A stretch of DNA of 64,000 bases from Obrimoposthia wandeli (taxonomy: Eukaryota): NCBI GenBank assembly GCA_977020255.1, contig CDROCS010000506.1:1736001-1800000 (forward strand), read 5' to 3'. Position 1 is the stretch's first letter. Each line of letters begins with the position of its first letter. The notes beneath the pieces are model-generated. The model saw only the letters and a program-made list of their open reading frames with translations, had not been told where the DNA came from and did not search any database. A program made the position numbers and the translations under genes. Shown here one piece after another: positions 1-8,626 of this stretch.

Positions 1-563
1 TAACGATAGGTACGGGCAATCATATTCACTTTAAGTAATTCCCCTTGCAGTTTAGTGATCGTGAAATCTTCTAACGTTACGATCCGCGGTAATGCGGCAA
101 TGTCGCTGGTGAATTGTCCAAGTTGATGAAAGGTGCCGATGACTTCCAAACTGACTGGTACTTCGTAAGAAAAATCTCGTTTTACTTCCTGCAACCATTT
201 AAATTTGCGCAGTTGCAAACCGTTATGCTGACCAATATAACTCAAATCATCGAGCAATCCTGCAGTCTCACTTTTCGATGGCAACTGCCTCAACATGTGA
301 TTAAATAAGCTTTCCATCTCGGACATCTGCTCGGTATATAAACCTAAGTTACCAGCAAGGCTGGCTTTGCCTTCAAACTGTAATTTTAAACTGGCTTCTT
401 TCTTTTCAATATTTTCCAGCGTTTGTAACGACGACGCGATAACCATCCAATAGAATAACCCCGCAATTAATACGGAAAAAATGATATTGATGACTATCTT
501 TGCTGGTTTCGGCCAATTTCCCAGATCTTCAAGATCCAGTTCATTAATTTCTTGTAGATTCAT
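1..563 (-). CDS. pilO: Type IV pilus assembly protein PilO, 3' end runs off the window
   Basis: Not in the ORF track. Manual translation from ATG at 563 gives MNLQEINELDLEDLGNWPKPAK...QLPSKSETAGLLDDLSYIGQHNGL...EVPVSLEVIGTFHQLGQFTSDIAALPRIVTL...MIARTYR, typical of PilO; it follows pilN by 1 bp. Confidence 0.93.
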   Translation of the reverse strand, partial: MNLQEINELDLEDLGNWPKPAKIVINIIFSVLIAGLFYWMVIASSLQTLENIEKKEASLKLQFEGKASLAGNLGLYTEQMSEMESLFNHMLRQLPSKSETAGLLDDLSYIGQHNGLQLRKFKWLQEVKRDFSYEVPVSLEVIGTFHQLGQFTSDIAALPRIVTLEDFTITKLQGELLKVNMIARTYR

Positions 564-564
564 C

Positions 565-1119
565 TTAGTTGCCCCCGTCCTTAACCATAGGAGTTACCGA
601 GAACCGCATTTCAAAGCGATTACCCTCTCCTTCCGACAAAGCAACAATAGAGTCTAAATTACCGTCTCTAAGCCAATTTGATTCCTCAATATTACGCAGC
701 AATACCGCAAGACGCGTATTCGAATCACTGGTGCCATTAATCTTAATAATGTCATTTTTAAAGGTTAATTTAGCCAGGTTTACACCTGCAGGAACAAGTT
801 GTGGCAAGGTATTCATCAGTTGCGTAGGTGTATTGCGACTGCGCTGTAAGCTTTGAATTAAATCAATACGCTCTTGCAGCTTATCTTTACGTCCACGTAA
901 CTCTTTAATTTTACCCAACTTCACATCAATAACTTGCATCTCTTGCATCAGCAGTGCATTGCGTTGTTTTTGATTATCAATAAAGCCACCAATAACCATA
1001 TTCAGTATAATCATGACCAACAAGGTCGCACCAAGGCTAAGCCCTGTTAAGGTGTAAAATCGTTGTAGCCTCAGCTTTTTGTCGGCTTCGCGCCAGGGTA
1101 ATAAATTAATATTCGACAT
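565..1119 (-). CDS. pilN: Type IV pilus assembly protein PilN
   Basis: MSNINLLPWRE N-terminus, one TM helix, coiled coil; lies between pilM and pilO. Confidence 0.95.
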   Translation of the reverse strand: MSNINLLPWREADKKLRLQRFYTLTGLSLGATLLVMIILNMVIGGFIDNQKQRNALLMQEMQVIDVKLGKIKELRGRKDKLQERIDLIQSLQRSRNTPTQLMNTLPQLVPAGVNLAKLTFKNDIIKINGTSDSNTRLAVLLRNIEESNWLRDGNLDSIVALSEGEGNRFEMRFSVTPMVKDGGN

Positions 1120-2186
1120 TATAACGCCCTCATCGCTAAACCAAGAGCAACCATATAACGCGGTCCATTGGCGATTAAACGTTCTTTATCTTCAACATTA
1201 TCAGCATAATCAAATTCGACGAATGGATTAGCCACACGCGTGGTGATGCCCAGTTCGTCTTCAACTTGCTGAGCCAGTTCCATGATTAATGCAGAACCAC
1301 CACTAAGCGTGATCATATCTATCTTCTGCAAAGTACCTGAGTTAGTAAACAGCTGCACATTACGGCGGATCTGTTGTATACACGCGGTAATATAAGGCGC
1401 TAATACATCAATATCGTAATCGAGCGGCAATTGCTGAGCGAGTTTCAACTTTTCAGCTTCATCTCGTTTCAAACTATAATGCTCACTAATGGTGCGCGTG
1501 TAGTTTTCGCCACCGAAATTTTGCACTCGAGAATAAATCGATTCTCCCTGATGCAGCATTGAAAAAATGGTCATGTTAGTACCAATATCAATCGCAGCCA
1601 CCACTTTGCTATCATCTTGTAAATCCGCTAAGCGTAAATACAGATCATGAGAACGCGCTAATGCATGTGCCGCCACATCAACAATTGTCGGGGTAAAATC
1701 ATTCTCTTCTAGGCAGCCAGCTAATGATGTCACGCTTTCCGTGCGAGTCGCGCTCAGTAACACATTGTGCTTGCCTGGATTGTTCTCATTAATACCTAAT
1801 ATTTCAAAATCGAGACTGATTTCATCCAGTGGGAAAGGAATTAAACTTTCCGCCTCCAATTCGATATGCATTTCCAGCTCAGGGCCAGAAAGGTCGGTAT
1901 CAACATAAATAATTTTCGTAATAACATTTGTGCCAGACACGGCAGTTGCAGCTTGTTTATAGCGGAAAGGAAAATCTTGACGCACTTGTTGCAAGACATT
2001 AGTTAATGCTTCTATATCTTGTAATTGGTGATCAACGACACATCCTTTTGGCGTTGCTACCTCTGATACCATATCTATCACATAATGCTCTGATCGCTTA
2101 GACAGCGCGAGGGCTTTTACGGAAGATGATCCAAAATCAACTCCGATCATTGCCACTGTCTGATTCCTTTTAAACAGCTTTAGCAT
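1119..2186 (-). CDS. pilM: Type IV pilus assembly protein PilM (actin-like); alternative TTG start at 2198
   Basis: IGVDFGSSSVK, IDIGTNMT and LSGGSA actin-fold motifs; C-terminal MVALGLAMR; divergent from mrcA. Confidence 0.95.
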   Translation of the reverse strand: MLKLFKRNQTVAMIGVDFGSSSVKALALSKRSEHYVIDMVSEVATPKGCVVDHQLQDIEALTNVLQQVRQDFPFRYKQAATAVSGTNVITKIIYVDTDLSGPELEMHIELEAESLIPFPLDEISLDFEILGINENNPGKHNVLLSATRTESVTSLAGCLEENDFTPTIVDVAAHALARSHDLYLRLADLQDDSKVVAAIDIGTNMTIFSMLHQGESIYSRVQNFGGENYTRTISEHYSLKRDEAEKLKLAQQLPLDYDIDVLAPYITACIQQIRRNVQLFTNSGTLQKIDMITLSGGSALIMELAQQVEDELGITTRVANPFVEFDYADNVEDKERLIANGPRYMVALGLAMRAL

Positions 2187-2353
2187 AATGATCTTCAACT
2201 CTATGTAATAACAATGACGATTATCTTTGTTAAGTTATTGTTAATTTAATGTTGCACGCAAAGCATACAGATTTAAATCTCTGAGGTCTACGATAAAGAA
2301 CTCGTACTAATTCACAAAACAGAGATATAATGATCGATTATTAAGAAATTATA

Positions 2354-4960
2354 GTGAGCATTATTGTGAAATGGATTAAACGATTATCCGTATTTTTTTT
2401 AGTTAGCGGACTGCTCGGTGTAGGTAGCATCATTGCACTATATTTTTATATCAAGCCTGAATTGCCTGATGTCACGACATTAAGAACAATGCAATTACAA
2501 ACACCAATGAAGGTCTTTAGCCAGGATGGCAAACTGATCTCTCAATTTGGTGAAAAGCGTCGTATCCCCATTGAGGTTGATGATGTTCCACCTTTGATGA
2601 TCAAAGCATTTCTAGCCACAGAAGATAATCGCTTTTATAGCCACCCTGGTATCGATCCTATCGGTATTGTGCGCGCTGCGACAGTCATGATAATGACCGG
2701 CGAACGTAAACAAGGTGCGAGTACCATTACCCAGCAGGTTGCCCGAAATTTCTTTTTAACTCGCGAAAAAACCTTTATTCGTAAGATTAAAGAAATATTT
2801 TTAGCCTGGCATATTGAACAAAACCTGTCCAAAGATGAGATATTAACTTTATACCTGAATAAGATCCCACTGGGTTATCGTTCATTTGGTATCGGCGCGG
2901 CAGCACAAGTTTATTACGGTAAATCGTTAAACGAATTAACTTTAGCGCAAATGGCCATCATTGCCGGTTTACCAAAAGCACCATCAGCGTTAAATCCAAT
3001 TCGCTCGCCAAAACGTGCTAAAGCCCGTCGTCATGTCGTATTACTGCGAATGTTAGATGAACAATATATCACCAGAGCACAATTTGACGAAGCAAACAAC
3101 GCCCCTATTACGGCTAAATATCACGGTGCCGAAATCGAATTATCAGCACCTTATTTAGCAGAAATGGTCCGTAGTGAAATCATTAAACGCTACGGTGAAG
3201 ATAAAGCTTATTCTCAAGGTTTAAACGTCTACACCACAGTACAAAGTGATCGCCAAACTGCAGCGACGAATGCCCTAATTAATAATTTACTTAATTATGA
3301 TTTACGTCACGGCTATCGTGGTCCATTAGGCCAAGCTTGGACTAACAATGAAGTACTGAGTCATGAAGACATTTTATTATTATTAAAAGATAAACCAAGT
3401 TACAACCCACTTGAGCCAGCGGTCATTACCGCAGTAACAGGCCAAACTGCCGAAGCGTTATTGGCAAATGGCGAACAAGTGATTGTGAGCTGGGATGGTT
3501 TAAAGTGGGCGCGTCCATTTATTTCTGACAAGAAACAAGGCCCTGCACCACAAACAGCCGCTGAGATTGTGAATGCGGGTGATATCGTCTTATTACGTCC
3601 GATGCCTACAACAACTCAATCAGCTACGCAATCAACAGCACAAGCTACGCAATGGATGCTAGGTCAGATCCCTGACGCTAGTTCCGCTTTGATCGCTATC
3701 GATAATAATGACGGTGCAATTGAAGCCTTAGTTGGTGGTTTTAATTATCAACAAAGTAAGTTTAACCGTGTTACCCAAGCCGAACGTCAAATTGGTTCAA
3801 ACATCAAACCATTTGTCTACTCTGCTGGTTTAGCACAAGGAGCAACACTTGCGACACTCATCAATGATGCGCCGATAAACCAAGTAGATAAGCGTGCGGG
3901 GACAGCATGGAGACCAAAGAATTCACCGCCAACTTATAACGGCCCAACTCGTTTCCGCTTAGGTTTAGCTCAGTCAAAAAATGTCATGTCTGTGCGTGTA
4001 TTCCGTCAAGTCGGTTTAAATAACGCCATTAATTACATGTCACGTTTTGGTTTCGATAAAGCTAAACTACCTCGCGATGAATCATTATCATTGGGCTCTG
4101 CATCACTTACGCCACTCGAAGTTGCCGTTGCTTTTGCGACATTCGCCAACGGTGGTTTTAAAGTTGACGCTTACTTTATTGATCGAATTGAGAATGTTGA
4201 TGGTGAAGTAATCTATCAAGCAGCACCAAAACAAGCTTGTCTCGAATGTGAAAAGCAAATTGCGTTAGGCACGGATAATCCTGAATACTGGTTAGACGTC
4301 AAAGGTGATGCACTGGAAAAATGTGATATTGCCGCTTATGGAACACCACAATTAGCACCACGCATTATCACCGAACAAAATGCCTTTCTGATGCGTGAAG
4401 TAATGGCGAGTGTGATTTGGGGCGGTGGCAGTTGGCGTCACAGAACCGGTTGGAATGGTACCGGTTGGCGCGCTGCAGCAGCACTGAAACGACACGATAT
4501 TGGTGGTAAAACAGGGACGACAAACGAGGCTAAAGATGCTTGGTTCTCAGGCTTTAACCCAGATCTATCTGCAACAAGTTGGATTGGTTTTGATGATCAC
4601 AGCCGTGAATTAGGCCGTGTGTCTCGAAATATTAATCTCGATAAAAACCAGATTAGTGGTGGTGAAGCTGGGGCAAAAACAGCGCAACCTGCTTGGATTG
4701 AATTCATGCAGCATGCACTAAAAGGGGTTCCCGAACATCCAAGTATATTACCGGATAATATCGTGCAAGTGCGTATCGATCGTGAGTCAGGTTTACTCAC
4801 GCATAAGTCCGATTATACCTCACGTTTCGAGTACTTTATTAAAGGTACAGAACCAACCGAATACGTGAATAATCAAGATTCAGATTCGTCATTCGATGAA
4901 ATAAATAATAGCGATGAAGACAGTGAGTCAGCAGATGAATCACTCGACGACTTGTTTTAG
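2354..4960 (+). CDS. mrcA: Penicillin-binding protein 1A (transglycosylase/transpeptidase)
   Basis: GT51 motifs EDNRFYSH, GASTITQQVARN, RKIKE; transpeptidase motifs SNIK, SKN, KTG. Confidence 0.97.
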   Translation: MSIIVKWIKRLSVFFLVSGLLGVGSIIALYFYIKPELPDVTTLRTMQLQTPMKVFSQDGKLISQFGEKRRIPIEVDDVPPLMIKAFLATEDNRFYSHPGIDPIGIVRAATVMIMTGERKQGASTITQQVARNFFLTREKTFIRKIKEIFLAWHIEQNLSKDEILTLYLNKIPLGYRSFGIGAAAQVYYGKSLNELTLAQMAIIAGLPKAPSALNPIRSPKRAKARRHVVLLRMLDEQYITRAQFDEANNAPITAKYHGAEIELSAPYLAEMVRSEIIKRYGEDKAYSQGLNVYTTVQSDRQTAATNALINNLLNYDLRHGYRGPLGQAWTNNEVLSHEDILLLLKDKPSYNPLEPAVITAVTGQTAEALLANGEQVIVSWDGLKWARPFISDKKQGPAPQTAAEIVNAGDIVLLRPMPTTTQSATQSTAQATQWMLGQIPDASSALIAIDNNDGAIEALVGGFNYQQSKFNRVTQAERQIGSNIKPFVYSAGLAQGATLATLINDAPINQVDKRAGTAWRPKNSPPTYNGPTRFRLGLAQSKNVMSVRVFRQVGLNNAINYMSRFGFDKAKLPRDESLSLGSASLTPLEVAVAFATFANGGFKVDAYFIDRIENVDGEVIYQAAPKQACLECEKQIALGTDNPEYWLDVKGDALEKCDIAAYGTPQLAPRIITEQNAFLMREVMASVIWGGGSWRHRTGWNGTGWRAAAALKRHDIGGKTGTTNEAKDAWFSGFNPDLSATSWIGFDDHSRELGRVSRNINLDKNQISGGEAGAKTAQPAWIEFMQHALKGVPEHPSILPDNIVQVRIDRESGLLTHKSDYTSRFEYFIKGTEPTEYVNNQDSDSSFDEINNSDEDSESADESLDDLF

Positions 4961-4974
4961 CTTTTAAGTTTTAA
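4954..4974 (+). repeat. 7-nt tandem repeat starting at the mrcA stop codon
   Basis: GTTTTAG / CTTTTAA / GTTTTAA; the first unit contains the TAG stop at 4958-4960. Confidence 0.6.
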
Positions 4975-4986
4975 CATGACGTAAAT

Positions 4987-5025
4987 AAAATGGCGCTGCT
5001 TTATTTAAAAAGCAGCGCCATTTTT
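4987..5025. terminator. Bidirectional intrinsic terminator between mrcA and oxyR
   Basis: AAAATGGCGCTGCTTT / AAAGCAGCGCCATTTT perfect inverted repeat with A and T tracts, between convergent genes. Confidence 0.9.
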
Positions 5026-5050
5026 ATATCGACTTTGTGTATCAGAGCAG

Positions 5051-5108
5051 CTAAACGATCGTTGCTGTTACTTTCTTATTAATCAGTTGTTGTTTAAACT
5101 ATCGTTGC
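5051..5108 (-). repeat. Degenerate 13-15 nt tandem copies of the oxyR 3' end
   Basis: Plus strand CTAAACGATCGTTGC (5051-5065), a degenerate unit, TTAATCAGTTGTTGT (5079-5093), TTAAACTATCGTTGC (5094-5108, contains the stop); outer units 13/15 identical. Confidence 0.7.
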
Positions 5109-5990
5109 CAGCACTTGTTTACTGATAACTTGCGCTATATCGTTAAAACAAGGACGTCTTACTGACCCTTTGCGATACAACAAAACAATTTTTCGAGTTG
5201 GTTCAGGTTCAACAAATTTAATGTACTCCACCCCTTCTGTAAATCGAGTACGTGGAATAGCCAGATGCGGTAATAATGTCACCCCCGCTTCAGCGGCAAT
5301 CATATGACGCAGAGTTTCTAAGCTAGTCGCTTTAAAGCTTTGATCTTCTTCTGCACCAGCCGTAAAACAATAATCCATCGCTTGATCACGCAGACAGTGA
5401 CCGTCTTCTAACATCAGTACTTTCTCGCCGCGCAATTCCGATAAATCCACGCGGTCTCGACCTTTAAAGCGGTGTCCACTCGGAATGATCAGCTCTAAGG
5501 GTTCTTTATATAACTCAATATGACCGTATTTTTCCATGACCGGTAAATAAGCTAATAATAGACAATCTAACTCGCCTTCATCCAACTGCTTTAATAATTC
5601 ATTAGTTTGATTTTCATGTAAAAACATATCTAAATCAGGGAATTTCTGTTTCATTGATGGCACGATCAATGGCAGCAAGTAAGGTGCAACAGTTGGGATC
5701 AAACCAATATGGATAGCACCTGCTGTCGGACTCGCATAACTCTTGGCAATTTCTTTAATGGCTTTAGATTCTAATAATACCGTACGCGCTTGATCAGCAA
5801 TTTGATCACCTGCAGGGGTAAACAATACTTTTCTTGATGTGCGTTCAATCAGGATCACGTCCAGTTCATCTTCTAATTTACGGATCTGGCCACTGAGTGT
5901 CGGTTGGCTGACAAAGCATTTTTCTGCCGCTTTTCTAAAGTGCTTCAATTCTTGTAACGCGACAAGATATTCTAAATCTCTTAAGTTCAT
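5094..5990 (-). CDS. oxyR: LysR-family hydrogen peroxide sensor OxyR
   Basis: MNLRDLEYLVAL...HFRKAAEKCFVSQPTLSGQI HTH; redox Cys pair LEDGHCLRDQAMDYC; ATSLETLRHM. Confidence 0.96.
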   Translation of the reverse strand: MNLRDLEYLVALQELKHFRKAAEKCFVSQPTLSGQIRKLEDELDVILIERTSRKVLFTPAGDQIADQARTVLLESKAIKEIAKSYASPTAGAIHIGLIPTVAPYLLPLIVPSMKQKFPDLDMFLHENQTNELLKQLDEGELDCLLLAYLPVMEKYGHIELYKEPLELIIPSGHRFKGRDRVDLSELRGEKVLMLEDGHCLRDQAMDYCFTAGAEEDQSFKATSLETLRHMIAAEAGVTLLPHLAIPRTRFTEGVEYIKFVEPEPTRKIVLLYRKGSVRRPCFNDIAQVISKQVLATIV

Positions 5991-6112
5991 AGCAACCCAA
6001 CTTGAATGGTAAAAACAATTAAATACCTATTACTGATTTGTATATACTATCAATAAATTCGCATCAACCACACCATTAATCATTAAAATAGCGAATTAAT
6101 GGCGCATAAATA

Positions 6113-6131
6113 AATAATTATAATCATTTAT
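6113..6131. promoter_or_regulatory. Possible Fur box in the oxyR / DUF1566 divergent region
   Basis: AATAATTATAATCATTTAT matches 14/19 of the E. coli consensus GATAATGATAATCATTATC; the AT-rich context makes chance matches likely. Confidence 0.3.
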
Positions 6132-6288
6132 GACAATTTTCACTTCTCAGCCGTTTAAATACTAGGTACTATCGTGCCACGCTAAATTAACATATTGATA
6201 ACATTTATTGTCAATGGGTTCTTTATGTAGCATAAAACAATGATTATTCAGTAAAGGATTACTGTCGTCGCAATAATAAGGATTTTAT

Positions 6289-7896
6289 ATGCACTTAAAA
6301 AAGTTAAGCGTCTTAGCTGTTTTATTTCTGTCACTCGGCTTAACAGGCTGTGGCAGTGATAATTTAGATCAAATCAATAATGGTTCTAGCGGTACTGTTG
6401 ATACAGGTGATAGCTCTGACGGTAGTACCGATGGTAGTACGGATGATAATTCAGATAGTAGCACTGACGATAATGTCTATACTGCAACAGGGAATTTTGT
6501 ACCTAAGATTATCCAAAGAGGGCAAACATTTACCTTTAATTATTATTTAGATAAGACACCAGATGCTCCTGTTATTTACGATATAGGCATTGTCGGTACT
6601 GCAGTACAAGGTAAAAACGAAGACTACACCATCAGCAATGCATCAACGCTAACGTTTGCTAGTGGTTCAACAACAGCCAACCTCACTATAACCACCTACC
6701 CAAAAGATGATGTATATGATGCGCGAACGCTGTCATTAACGTTTACGGGGAATACCGGAGAGCCTGCAACAATTAATTTACTCATTTCGGGCAATGTTTA
6801 CCTTAATGATACAGGCATTACAAATTACTCTGACGGCAATTCCTTCGATATACAGAGCCAAACCAATGATAAGTATAAGCAACAGGATGCAGCTTATGGT
6901 CTTGATATCATCATAAACTCCGCAGCAACAGAACCTGATACTGGCGACAGTAAAGATGATAGTAAACAACTTTATAAAAATGCATTTGACGTTAATCCAA
7001 GTGATTCAGAATATAAAGGTAAAGCAGGATTCCGTTTCGTCAAAATAGCGAATAATGGCATGCCTGTGGTTGCAGGCAGTAGCAGTTATGAATGTGTTAC
7101 CGATGAAGTAACAGGATTAACCTGGCAGGTAAAAGGCCCTCAAAATATCATTACCCATGAGGCAAAATCAGAGCCGGGCGATCCAGATGTTTATACAATG
7201 GCCGATGGGCAAAATTATAAAGCAGTTAACTTTCAATATCCCTGGATGCCATCCGCATTGGGGACAGCTGGAGATGGATGGTTTACCGGTTTAAATGACT
7301 CAACATTAGATGAAGGCGCCGAAGAAGGTGCTCATTATGCAAACCAAGCTTGCGGTTATTCAAATGGAAGCCGTAACAATGGACAACCCTTATACTGCTC
7401 AACAGGCAGCTACACAGATGAAGTGAATCGACTTGGCGCTTGTGGTAAAACAAACTGGGTTGTACCCAGCGTTGAACAATTACGTAGTATCCTAGATTAC
7501 AATGACGTAATTGATTATTCAACAGTGACAGGTACAAACGAACATGCACTTGATGATTCGTTCTTTGATTGTAAAAACACTAGTAATTGCGTCATCGAAA
7601 AAAACTATACAAACCAATGCTTCTTTGTTGTAGATGGTAATGGCGATCCTGTTCTAGATATAAATGGCAATCCAACTACTAGCTGTATACTAGTAGAAAG
7701 TGATAATCCAGACCCCGTTTATTGGACATCAAATCAGGTGAAAGGCTCTGAACAGTTAGCTTGGTGTGTCAACTTACAAACAGGTAACGTCAATACCTGC
7801 CATAAACGAGAAAACCACAGAGTATTAGTCGTCAGTAGCAATGTGCCTGCAGAGTTCTTTACCCCCGTAACTACATCAGATGATTCAGCAGAATAG
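6289..7896 (+). CDS. Lipoprotein with Asp/Ser/Thr linker, Ig/Calx-beta-like domain and C-terminal DUF1566 (Lcl C-terminal) domain
   Basis: Lipobox LTGC at Cys20; DUF1566-like motifs CVTDEVTGLTWQ, CGKTNWVVPSVEQLRSIL, YWTS, AWCVNLQTG. Confidence 0.8.
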   Translation: MHLKKLSVLAVLFLSLGLTGCGSDNLDQINNGSSGTVDTGDSSDGSTDGSTDDNSDSSTDDNVYTATGNFVPKIIQRGQTFTFNYYLDKTPDAPVIYDIGIVGTAVQGKNEDYTISNASTLTFASGSTTANLTITTYPKDDVYDARTLSLTFTGNTGEPATINLLISGNVYLNDTGITNYSDGNSFDIQSQTNDKYKQQDAAYGLDIIINSAATEPDTGDSKDDSKQLYKNAFDVNPSDSEYKGKAGFRFVKIANNGMPVVAGSSSYECVTDEVTGLTWQVKGPQNIITHEAKSEPGDPDVYTMADGQNYKAVNFQYPWMPSALGTAGDGWFTGLNDSTLDEGAEEGAHYANQACGYSNGSRNNGQPLYCSTGSYTDEVNRLGACGKTNWVVPSVEQLRSILDYNDVIDYSTVTGTNEHALDDSFFDCKNTSNCVIEKNYTNQCFFVVDGNGDPVLDINGNPTTSCILVESDNPDPVYWTSNQVKGSEQLAWCVNLQTGNVNTCHKRENHRVLVVSSNVPAEFFTPVTTSDDSAE

Positions 7897-7907
7897 GAGC
7901 AAATAAT

Positions 7908-8489
7908 ATGAACAATTCAAAATCTTTACTTATTAGTAGTACTTTATTTGCTGCAAGTACTTTTACTTTTGCAGCATCTGACCCCATTAACTTAAACTGT
8001 GACGCTCTATTAGATCAAGAATATTCAACCTTCGAATTTATTGATAATCTCAATGGCACAGTAACCGATTTACGAACGAGTCTAATTTGGGCTAAATGTA
8101 CCTTAGGTCAAACTTATGTTTCAGAGACAAACTCTTGCTCAAGTTCTGGTGCTGAAAATTATATCGACTGGGGAGATGCTCTATCCGCGGCCGCTGCTTA
8201 TGAAGTAAATAATATTTCAGGTTGGCGACTACCCAATATTAAAGAATTAGGTTCATTAGTGGATCGCAGTTGCGCTGCCCCCACAATTAACTTAACGCTA
8301 TTCCCAAATACGCTATCAAGTATTTATTACTCAAGTACACCATTCAAAGCCAGTAGTATTGATGCAAGCTATGATCACCTAGTATCACGTGTTATCGACT
8401 TTTCAGATGGTACTGAGATGCCACTAACAACACCAGAAAGTTCAAATACCAGCTACGTGATACGCGCTGTTAAAGGCGGATATAACTAA
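7908..8489 (+). CDS. Secreted DUF1566 (Lcl C-terminal domain) protein
   Basis: Signal peptide; DNLNGTVTDLRTSLIWAKC, WGDAL, GWRLPNIKELGSLV, INLTLFP motifs; GGAG RBS, 11 bp after the previous stop. Confidence 0.85.
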   Translation: MNNSKSLLISSTLFAASTFTFAASDPINLNCDALLDQEYSTFEFIDNLNGTVTDLRTSLIWAKCTLGQTYVSETNSCSSSGAENYIDWGDALSAAAAYEVNNISGWRLPNIKELGSLVDRSCAAPTINLTLFPNTLSSIYYSSTPFKASSIDASYDHLVSRVIDFSDGTEMPLTTPESSNTSYVIRAVKGGYN

Positions 8490-8531
8490 AGCACGACTAA
8501 CTCAAGCTCAAAAACTAACTCAAGATCAAAA
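8481..8531 (+). repeat. 18-nt tandem repeat after the second DUF1566 gene
   Basis: ACTAACTCAAGCTCAAAA (8496-8513) / ACTAACTCAAGATCAAAA (8514-8531), resembling the gene end TATAACTAAAGC. Confidence 0.7.
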
Positions 8532-8556
8532 ACGGCGAGCCTAAGCTCGCCGTTTT
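8529..8556. terminator. Bidirectional intrinsic terminator
   Basis: AAAACGGCGAGC-CTAA-GCTCGCCGTTTT between convergent genes. Confidence 0.9.
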
Positions 8557-8626
8557 GTTATTTGCAACAATGCGACTAAAAATCTAGCCAGTATCACTGC
8601 CGCACGTCAATTTTATATCTAAGTAA

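Noticed and set aside
114-856. Plus-strand ORFs 114-308 and 569-856
   Set aside because: Antisense shadows of pilO and pilN with no recognisable motifs.
6016-6050. OxyR tetrameric binding site
   Set aside because: Only two CTAT half-sites 20 bp apart; spacing and the other half-sites do not fit ATAG-N7-CTAT-N7-ATAG-N7-CTAT, so it is not called as a feature.
6289-8489. DUF1566 genes as diversity-generating retroelement targets
   Set aside because: No reverse transcriptase and no template/variable repeat pair with adenine-specific differences in the window.
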